From an uncultured virus (IMG/VR IMGVR_UViG_3300003394_000004) (lineage: Duplodnaviria > Heunggongvirae > Uroviricota > Caudoviricetes), in IMG/VR virus record IMGVR_UViG_3300003394_000004, positions 1 to 64,000 of that record: a stretch of DNA of 64,000 nucleotides. The stretch is one strand, 5' to 3'. Made by a program: the position numbers and the translations under genes. This document shows, piece after piece, positions 56,542 through 64,000 of this stretch; the first letter of the stretch is position 1, and each line of letters opens with the position of its first letter. The notes below the pieces were generated by a model, which worked only from the letters and a program-made list of their open reading frames with translations, searched no databases and was not told the DNA's origin.

Positions 56542-57508
56542 AAAAATTAAACAACTAATGGAACGTGGATTGAGCCATAAATTGTTATTAACAATGAATG
56601 AAGGTCAAATCAATCAATTGCATAAAATGATGGTATCTGAAATAACAATGGTACCAAAAACTGACACCGCAACAATTGATAAATTAAAAAACGAGAAAAA
56701 ACCTTTTGAAGTTTATGAGCAAGGTGTAGAAGTTGATAAAAGTGATTCAAAACTTGGTCAAACTACTCAAGAACCACATCAAGTACAAGCACCTGATGGT
56801 ATGGATGATGAAGGCGATGATGGTATTGACAAAGAAGAAGATATTAGCGAAGCGAAGAAAAAATCAAAATATAACCCATATGCAATTTGTACCTCATCAG
56901 TTGGTAGAGAAGATAAGAAAAAATTTGAAAGATGTGTGATGGATGTAAAAAGAAATATTAAAGAAGGTAAAAATCCTTATTTACCAATTGTTGAGTCTTC
57001 TTTATTAAGAATGGTTGAAAAACATATATCACCAAAAATTTCTAAAATTGATTTATTAAATACTTTAAGTGAACAAGGAATAATTTCTCGTCCATTTAAA
57101 AATAGTATGATTGGATTTGTTGATGAAACAAAAATGGACAAATCAAATAAAAACACATATGTTTCTAAAAAAGAAGCAATGGAACAAAGTACAAAAACAG
57201 CACCTACAAGAGTAAAACCTGGTACTAAAGAAAAGGAAAAACCTGGTAAAATGGACCCTTTTAAAAACCCAAAACATCAACCAAAACCAAAAGCGGAAAA
57301 AATGGATGAACAAGGTACAAAAACAGCACCAGCACCTACAAGAGTAAAACCTGGTACTAAAGAAAAACCAAATACTTCTGACCCTTTTAAAAACCCAAAA
57401 CATCAACCAAAACCAAAGGCGTCTACTGAAGCTCCAAAAATGGGTACTGTTAAGATTCCTGATTATTTAGAATTTGACCAATTAAAAATTGACTTTAAAA
57501 ACCAATAA
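56531..57508 (+). CDS. hypothetical protein with duplicated TKTAPTRVKPGTKEK..DPFKNPKHQPKPKA unit
   Basis: ORF track; internal duplication at about 57180-57420. Confidence 0.75.
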   Translation: MKNKKIKQLMERGLSHKLLLTMNEGQINQLHKMMVSEITMVPKTDTATIDKLKNEKKPFEVYEQGVEVDKSDSKLGQTTQEPHQVQAPDGMDDEGDDGIDKEEDISEAKKKSKYNPYAICTSSVGREDKKKFERCVMDVKRNIKEGKNPYLPIVESSLLRMVEKHISPKISKIDLLNTLSEQGIISRPFKNSMIGFVDETKMDKSNKNTYVSKKEAMEQSTKTAPTRVKPGTKEKEKPGKMDPFKNPKHQPKPKAEKMDEQGTKTAPAPTRVKPGTKEKPNTSDPFKNPKHQPKPKASTEAPKMGTVKIPDYLEFDQLKIDFKNQ

Positions 57509-58803
57509 TGAAAAAGAAACAAATCGTTAGAGAAGCTCCAATTGATTATGGAGATAGACCTGAAAGAATGTCACCTGATATTGAAAGAACAATTCTTTCA
57601 AAAGGAACTCCATTATCTACAAATCCAGCATTTCCAAATATTGAACAGGGTAATTTACCTGAGACATTTGAAGAATTAGTTGCTTCTAAAAGATTTAAAG
57701 ATGTTGTTGCTAAAGTTAGACGTTATGTACCAAACGCTGGTGCTGACATCTCAAGAGGAAACGCTTTACAACAATTACAAAGAATGATGATGACTATGGC
57801 CATGCAATTGTTACAAAAACAAATGGCTCATAAAGAATATCTTGAAAATTTGGCGATTGATTTGGTTAGAAAAGAAATGGGTGTACGACCAGACCAAATT
57901 AATTATGTTGCTGAACTTGTAATGCCAGGTCAAATTGATATGTCTGGTTTTCAAAAACAAGGTGAAGAACCTGAAGACGAAGAAGTTGAACAGAATTTCC
58001 AAGAAAAAGAAGAAGACCTTGAAGATTTTATTTCAGCATTTGAAAGATTTGATATTGAAAAGGCAAAAAGAAGATTTATTAACGCATTAATTCAAGGTTC
58101 GTCTAAAAAAGGACATTACATGTTTGAATTAGTTAGAGATGAATTAGATAGAGTTGACCCCGACTTATTGAATTTGTACGGTGTTGTTATGTCTGTAAAT
58201 GATTTATTGTATTGGGTATTACCTGACGAAATGATGGACATGATGATGAGTCAAGGTGGTGTTGGTGGTAAAGAAGAAGTAGATATTCAAACTGACCCTC
58301 CAACAGTTAAAGCGACAGGTGTATTTTTTCCTATATTAATTCACGAGTTAATTAAAGGTACAATGGAAATCTTGGGTACTCAAGGTCTTCCTGATGACCC
58401 AAAACAAGCCGAAATGGTCATGGCATCAACTGACAGCTTATCAAATGAAATTTGGGATTTAAGAATTGGTCCAATATTGTGGGAAAAATTCTTAGCAGCA
58501 TATCCTGAAGAATTATTTGAAGAAGATAAAAAATTCATACAAAACTACCTCTTTGCAAGATTTTCAGCACTTTCGGCTGATGAGTTTTTCAAATTAGCAA
58601 AAATGATTTTAAGAGGTGATGCAAAAGCAACATCAATCTTGGACAGAATGGTTAAGGAAATTGTAGCTCATTTGAATGAAGTACATAGTGATGATGACGA
58701 AGACTATGATACTGATGAAGATGGTGACACTATGGGTCCTGACGATGATGATTTGAGTGATTTAGATGATTTCTTAGGTAGTTTAGGTATTGACAGGTCC
58801 TAA
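57508..58803 (+). CDS. conserved hypothetical protein upstream of terminase
   Basis: ORF track, 431 aa. Confidence 0.75.
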   Translation: MKKKQIVREAPIDYGDRPERMSPDIERTILSKGTPLSTNPAFPNIEQGNLPETFEELVASKRFKDVVAKVRRYVPNAGADISRGNALQQLQRMMMTMAMQLLQKQMAHKEYLENLAIDLVRKEMGVRPDQINYVAELVMPGQIDMSGFQKQGEEPEDEEVEQNFQEKEEDLEDFISAFERFDIEKAKRRFINALIQGSSKKGHYMFELVRDELDRVDPDLLNLYGVVMSVNDLLYWVLPDEMMDMMMSQGGVGGKEEVDIQTDPPTVKATGVFFPILIHELIKGTMEILGTQGLPDDPKQAEMVMASTDSLSNEIWDLRIGPILWEKFLAAYPEELFEEDKKFIQNYLFARFSALSADEFFKLAKMILRGDAKATSILDRMVKEIVAHLNEVHSDDDEDYDTDEDGDTMGPDDDDLSDLDDFLGSLGIDRS

Positions 58804-58815
58804 CACTAACCTTTT

Positions 58816-60585
58816 ATGGGTTTAACCAGAGAACAATTACTATTAGAATATTCAAGGTGTATAAAAAATACACCATACGCTCTTAAGACGTATCTTCAGA
58901 CTTATGATAATACTCAGTCAAGATACGTCCCATTAGAGTTATTTCCTGACCAAGTTAATTTGGTTGAGGATTATGAATCCTATAACGAAAACATTGCATT
59001 AAAATACCGTCAGGCGGGTGTATCTACCGTGACTGCGGCTTGGGCAAGTAAAAGACTTGTATTTGCATCAAAACAAAGACCTGAAAAGGTTTTGATTATT
59101 GCGAACAAATTGGACACTGCCGTGGAAATGGCAAACAAAATACGTGGATTTACTGAACAATGGCCTGCTTGGGTTGGTGTAAGTTTTTCACCAGATAAAA
59201 ACGCGGCAAGACATTTTAAATTAACAAACGGTTGTGAAGTTAAAGCCGTTGCGACATCAAAAGATGCACTTCGTGGTTATAGCCCCACTATGTTGATATT
59301 TGATGAAGCTGCGTATATTGAGGCGGATGGTGATTTCTGGGCTGCCTGTATGGCTTCGTTGTCTACGGGTGGTAAAGTTGTTGTTGTATCAACACCAAAC
59401 GGATATGACCCAATTTACTATGAAATCTACGAACAAGCCAATCGTGGAATGAACGATTTCAAAATTACAGAAATGTATTGGTATCGTGACCCTCGTTATA
59501 CAAAAGATTTATATTTGGTTAAAACAAATGAAATTATTCATTATCTGTTAAACCGTGAAGAATATACCGCCGATAGTGTTGTTGATTTTTCAGGTCGTGA
59601 CCCTTATGAAAGAAATTATGATGAGTTAAAAGCCTATTTTGATTTAGGTTATAAACCATGTTCCTCTTGGTTTGAGGCGATGGTTAAAAAACTTAAGTAT
59701 GATAAGCGTAAAGTTTCACAGGAATTGGAATGTAATTTTTTGGGTTCAGGTGATAACGTATTTGATTCTAACTTAATTAAAAATATCACAGATAATATGA
59801 TTAAAGAACCTATCAATAAAATGATGGGTGGTGGACTTTGGATATGGAAAGAACCTGAAATGGGTCACAGATACATTATGGGTGTGGACGTTTCTCGTGG
59901 GGACTCTGAAGATTATTCAACATTCCAAATTTATGATTTTGACGAAAGAGACCAAGTTGCTGAGTATATTGGAAAACTTCCTCCTGATGTATTGGCAGAA
60001 ATTGCTTACAAATGGGGTAACATGTACAACTGTTTCATTGTTGTGGATATCACGGGTGGTATGGGAGTTGCTACCGCAAGAAAACTCCAAGAATTAGGAT
60101 ATAAAGATTTGTATGTTGATGGTGTAGATTTTGGTAACAAATGGAAATATGACCCAAAGGCGGCTGAAAAAATTCCTGGTATTAACTTTAACAATAAAAG
60201 AGTTCAAATTATTGCTGCTCTTGAGGAAGGATTAAGACACGGATTAAAAGTTCATTCATCAAGATTATTGAATGAAATGAATACATTTGTTTATATTAAT
60301 GGAAGACCTGACCACATGAAAGGACAACATGATGATTTAATTATGTCTTTGGCTATGGCTGTTTATGTATCTGATTCATCTTTTTCACAACTTACAAAGG
60401 TCACACAACAGGCAAAAACAATGTTGGAATCTTGGCAGGTTACTTCTTATGACCCACCAAAAGAACAATACTTTAACCCGGCAATGCCAAATACACAATA
60501 TAAAACAAATATTGCATATCAAAATCAACCAACACAAAAGGATTATCAAGACTATTTATGGGTGTTCGGCGGATATAAGCGTTGA
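58816..60585 (+). CDS. terL: terminase large subunit (T4 gp17-like)
   Basis: KYRQAGVST Walker A, LIFDEAA Walker B, STPNG, QELEC.F.GS, GVDVSRG..DYS, HDDLIMS. Confidence 0.93.
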   Translation: MGLTREQLLLEYSRCIKNTPYALKTYLQTYDNTQSRYVPLELFPDQVNLVEDYESYNENIALKYRQAGVSTVTAAWASKRLVFASKQRPEKVLIIANKLDTAVEMANKIRGFTEQWPAWVGVSFSPDKNAARHFKLTNGCEVKAVATSKDALRGYSPTMLIFDEAAYIEADGDFWAACMASLSTGGKVVVVSTPNGYDPIYYEIYEQANRGMNDFKITEMYWYRDPRYTKDLYLVKTNEIIHYLLNREEYTADSVVDFSGRDPYERNYDELKAYFDLGYKPCSSWFEAMVKKLKYDKRKVSQELECNFLGSGDNVFDSNLIKNITDNMIKEPINKMMGGGLWIWKEPEMGHRYIMGVDVSRGDSEDYSTFQIYDFDERDQVAEYIGKLPPDVLAEIAYKWGNMYNCFIVVDITGGMGVATARKLQELGYKDLYVDGVDFGNKWKYDPKAAEKIPGINFNNKRVQIIAALEEGLRHGLKVHSSRLLNEMNTFVYINGRPDHMKGQHDDLIMSLAMAVYVSDSSFSQLTKVTQQAKTMLESWQVTSYDPPKEQYFNPAMPNTQYKTNIAYQNQPTQKDYQDYLWVFGGYKR

Positions 60586-60615
60586 TAAAAAATACATATA
60601 TATTAACTTTTTACT

Positions 60616-62424
60616 ATGGAAGAAAAAAACTTGACAATATGGCAACGATTGTCCCAAGAACTTGGACCAAATTCATTGTTGGGTCAAGACATACCTACTT
60701 ATAAGTTTGATAAAAAAGAACTATTAAGAACTACTGACAAGGATGAGTATGAAAAACAAAAACTCCAAGCCAGACAAACATATTATATTACAAGCCAATG
60801 GGCTAAAATTGAAAATAATTTATATTCACAAGCGGTTTATTATCAACCAACTAGATTGGCATCGTATTATGATTATGAGTCAATGGAATATACTCCTGAA
60901 ATTTCTGCAGCATTAGATACATACGCTGAAGAATCAACAACAGTTGATGAGAATGGATACATGTTACAAATATACTCCGATTCTCCAAGAATTAAGGCTG
61001 TATTGGGAGATTTATTTAATAACGCTTTGGACATTAACACAAACTTACCAATGTGGACACGTAATACCGCAAAATATGGTGACAACTTCGTGTTTTTAAA
61101 GTTGGACCCTGAAAGAGGTGTTGTTGGTTGTTTACAATTACCAAACATTGAAATTGAACGTATTGAAGTTGGTATGAAAGGTAAAGCAACTTCAGGTATG
61201 GGTGGAGCGGTTGCTTCGGGTAGCGATGCCAAAAGCCTAACATTTACTTGGAAAAACAAAAGTTTGGAATTTAATAGTTGGGAAGTTGCTCACTTTAGAT
61301 TATTGGGTGATGATAGAAAATTACCATATGGTACCGCCATGTTGGAAAAGGCAAGAAGAATTTGGAAACAATTAATTCTTGCTGAAGATGCTATGTTGGT
61401 ATATAGAACATCAAGAGCACCAGAAAGACGTGTATTTAAGGTATTTGTTGGTAACATGGATGATGCAGATATTCAACCATACGTTCAAAGATTTGCTCAA
61501 CAATTTAAAAAAGACCAAGTAACTGACCCACAAACAGGAAACGTAGATATGAGATTCAATCAAATGGCGGTTGACCAAGATTTCTTTGTACCTGTTAGAG
61601 ACCCGGCATCACCAAACCCAATTGAGACTTTGCCAGGAGCGACAAACTTATCGGAGATTGCCGACATTGAATACATTCAAAAGAAACTTTTAACAGCGTT
61701 AAGAATACCAAAAGCATTCTTGGGATTTGAAGAGGTTGTTGGTGATGGTAGAAATTTATCGTTACAAGATATTCGTTTTGCAAGAACAATCAATAGAATT
61801 CAAAAATCTATGGTTGCAGAACTTAACAAAATTGCAATTGTTCATTTATTTTTATTGGGTTTTGAAGACGAATTAAACTCGTTCCAATTGAGTTTAACTA
61901 ACCCATCTAAACAAGCTGACTTACTAACAATAGATGTTTGGAAAGAAAAAATGTTGTTGTACAAAGACGCTGTAACAAAGGTTGAAGGTATCGCTCCAAC
62001 ATCACAAACATGGGCTAAGAAACACATTCTTGGTTTTTCTGATGAAGATATTAAACTTGATTTACAACAACAAAGAGTTGAGAAAGCGGTTGCCGCTGAA
62101 ATTGAAGCAACACCTAATGTTATAACACATACCGGATTATTCGATAATATTGATAAACTTTATGGTAATGGTCCATCATCAGGAACAACATCTCCACCGG
62201 CTGAAGGTGGTGGATTAGGGGCTGATTTAGGTGGAGCTCCACCGGCAGGAGGTGAACTTCCACCGGCTGAAGGTGAAACTGCAATCACACCTGAATCTGT
62301 TAAAAAGAATATGAATATATTATTAGAAAGAGATAATGTTTATGGTGTTGATGAAATTGATTTGGAAAAAGGTAGACGTTCTTTAGGTATTATTGAAGAA
62401 CAATTAGGAAAACTAATTGATTGA
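60616..62424 (+). CDS. portal protein (T4 gp20-like)
   Basis: EISAALD..AEE, PYG...LE.AR..WKQL..EDAMLVYR..RAPERRVF..VGN, IETLPG..NL..I.DIEY..KL..AL.IP. Confidence 0.92.
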   Translation: MEEKNLTIWQRLSQELGPNSLLGQDIPTYKFDKKELLRTTDKDEYEKQKLQARQTYYITSQWAKIENNLYSQAVYYQPTRLASYYDYESMEYTPEISAALDTYAEESTTVDENGYMLQIYSDSPRIKAVLGDLFNNALDINTNLPMWTRNTAKYGDNFVFLKLDPERGVVGCLQLPNIEIERIEVGMKGKATSGMGGAVASGSDAKSLTFTWKNKSLEFNSWEVAHFRLLGDDRKLPYGTAMLEKARRIWKQLILAEDAMLVYRTSRAPERRVFKVFVGNMDDADIQPYVQRFAQQFKKDQVTDPQTGNVDMRFNQMAVDQDFFVPVRDPASPNPIETLPGATNLSEIADIEYIQKKLLTALRIPKAFLGFEEVVGDGRNLSLQDIRFARTINRIQKSMVAELNKIAIVHLFLLGFEDELNSFQLSLTNPSKQADLLTIDVWKEKMLLYKDAVTKVEGIAPTSQTWAKKHILGFSDEDIKLDLQQQRVEKAVAAEIEATPNVITHTGLFDNIDKLYGNGPSSGTTSPPAEGGGLGADLGGAPPAGGELPPAEGETAITPESVKKNMNILLERDNVYGVDEIDLEKGRRSLGIIEEQLGKLID

Positions 62425-62437
62425 TATATTTATTAAT

Positions 62438-63142
62438 ATGAAATTTGGACAATTACTTAGCAAAATTGAAGGATTAATGGTTAATTCTTATGTAAATGAA
62501 ACAACAAAATTTGAGGTGAGGAACTTCAAAAAATTGGTATTGGAAAACAAAAATGTTAGTACAATGTTTTACATTTATACTGAATTGTCCAAGAAAAAAG
62601 GTTATGATAAGACATTATCTGAGGCTTACATCAATGAATCTTTAAGACAAGTTGAAAAAATTCTTCCGAAATTAAATACCCAAAAAATTGAATATTGGGT
62701 TAAAGATGTTGTTAGTGAAAATAACTACAAAAATATTGACAATTTAATTTATAATTCTCCTGATAAAATTATGGAGAATGTTGAAAGCAGAAACACTTTG
62801 ATAAAAACTTTAAGTGAAACCACTGAAGTTAAAACTGCGATACAACTACCAATGGAAACTTTATTGAATATTGCCAATAGAGAAATTAGTTCTTATATTG
62901 AAAATTTAGATGAGGATTCTAAAAGAGACTTATCTAAAGTGTTAATGACTGAAGATACTGAATTATCCAAAGAATTTGAAGAATTAAAAACAAAAACAAT
63001 TCATTCATTAAGTAATCTTAATGAATCAATGGATGAAAGTACAACAAAAAAATTACAAGAAACCATCCAACAAATTAAAGGTGAGGTGTTTTCTAAAATC
63101 AATTATGTAAAATTATACAATTTGTATAATAATATTAATTAA
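62438..63142 (+). CDS. hypothetical protein
   Basis: ORF track; start moved to MKFGQ. Confidence 0.7.
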   Translation: MKFGQLLSKIEGLMVNSYVNETTKFEVRNFKKLVLENKNVSTMFYIYTELSKKKGYDKTLSEAYINESLRQVEKILPKLNTQKIEYWVKDVVSENNYKNIDNLIYNSPDKIMENVESRNTLIKTLSETTEVKTAIQLPMETLLNIANREISSYIENLDEDSKRDLSKVLMTEDTELSKEFEELKTKTIHSLSNLNESMDESTTKKLQETIQQIKGEVFSKINYVKLYNLYNNIN

Positions 63143-63327
63143 TCTTTAGGTTTTTGTGATTCAACGTATTGAGCCTTTAATTTTTGAACTCTACGTGTAA
63201 CAGATGGTTTTTCATATTGAAGTCTTTCTCTCAATTTTTCATTTTGCTTGGTTTTAATTACCTTTCCTTTTAATTGTTTCAAGGCTTTTTCCAAAGGAGT
63301 TTTTGCATCAATTTTTACTTTTAACAT
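63139..63327 (-). CDS. rpsU: ribosomal protein bS21
   Basis: LEKALKQLK.KV.K....LR....YEKPSV.RR; 62 aa basic protein. Confidence 0.85.
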   Translation of the reverse strand: MLKVKIDAKTPLEKALKQLKGKVIKTKQNEKLRERLQYEKPSVTRRVQKLKAQYVESQKPKD

Positions 63328-63425
63328 ATTATAGTAAATAATACAAAGTTGGTAAAAATTTGACAATAGAAACAAATTAGATTATTTTTTTTCAAACAAT
63401 AAACAATTTATACACATGAATATTA

Positions 63426-63872
63426 ATGAAAAAAGGAAAAACATCACGAATTGTAGGATTCAACAATTCAAAAGTGAGTTATGGAACAGTTGATTCCAAA
63501 AATTTTAAATCGGTTTATCTTAATCTACAAAGTTGGGTTTCACCAAAACAAAGTTATAACAATTGGGAAAGAATAGTATCAAATTTTAGTAGACAGATAA
63601 AACATACAATATTTGAAATACTAGACCCAACATTTTTTAAAGACAATTATATTATTGACTTGGATTTAAGAACTAGCGGGATTGTTTACGGGAAGAAAAG
63701 TTTTATGAATTTGGAAATTACTTTATTCTTATCTCAAGAAATAGATTTTAAAGATACAATTCTTAAAGATAAATTAAAAAGAATTGCCAAAGAAATTTAT
63801 ATTGAAAACTTTAAAAAGAACGAGTATTTTGATTTTACACTATCTAAAAAGAGCAAAGAAGAAGCATCCTAG
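63426..63872 (+). CDS. hypothetical protein
   Basis: ORF track. Confidence 0.7.
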   Translation: MKKGKTSRIVGFNNSKVSYGTVDSKNFKSVYLNLQSWVSPKQSYNNWERIVSNFSRQIKHTIFEILDPTFFKDNYIIDLDLRTSGIVYGKKSFMNLEITLFLSQEIDFKDTILKDKLKRIAKEIYIENFKKNEYFDFTLSKKSKEEAS

Positions 63873-63894
63873 TATTTATTACTAAAACATACGT

Positions 63895-64000
63895 ATGAAA
63901 ATATTAGGACCTACCGAGACAGGTAAAGGAATATTGATTGAAATGGACGCAGGATATGTGTCACCATCTCATGAATTTAATAAAAAGATGCTTGAAGAAA
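63895..64000 (+). CDS. partial CDS (MKILGPTETGKGILIEMDAGY...), possibly the prohead protease by position
   Basis: ATG at 63895, open to the window end; product inferred from gene order only. Confidence 0.45.
   Translation, partial: MKILGPTETGKGILIEMDAGYVSPSHEFNKKMLEE

Noticed and set aside
963..62027. Short antisense or alternate-frame ORFs nested in long genes (for example 963-1373, 9280-9600, 24246-24668, 50131-51553, 60873-61259)
   Set aside because: Shadow ORFs of well-supported genes with no recognisable motifs.
58816..62424. Introns or inteins in terminase or portal
   Set aside because: Both ORFs are continuous, of normal size, and show no intein end motifs.
1..64000. CRISPR array or cas genes
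   Set aside because: No repeat-spacer periodicity was seen. The periodic repeats are coding (54261-54435) or simple tandems (13076-13142).
1..64000. Stop-codon reassignment
   Set aside because: Conserved genes translate full length in the standard code, all three stops are used, and no CTA, TTA or TCA anticodon tRNA was found.

Overview
AT-rich segment of a large T4-like (jumbo/huge) phage genome. The host is most likely Bacteroidota, inferred from TAnnTTTG promoters and a bS21 gene beside terminase and portal. The window holds cell-wall hydrolases, auxiliary genes (iscU-paaA-iscA, ppk2, GT2 plus LpxH-like phosphoesterase, thioesterase, aminotransferase), a proteolysis set (ClpP, N-domain-less ClpC, UVR-domain protein, ATE/Bpt-like transferase, tmRNA), 28 tRNA genes covering all 20 amino acids plus one tRNA-like RNA, and the start of the head-morphogenesis module. 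Main discovery candidate: both large tRNA arrays are preceded by a short leader ORF (missing from the ORF track), a mutually exclusive antiterminator/terminator pair and an identical 22-nt boxA-like element. Each leader peptide is built from the amino acids of the tRNAs in the array directly downstream. This suggests ribosome-mediated attenuators that sense tRNA shortage or destruction and switch on the matching phage tRNAs. All product calls come from motif recognition by eye; no searches were run.
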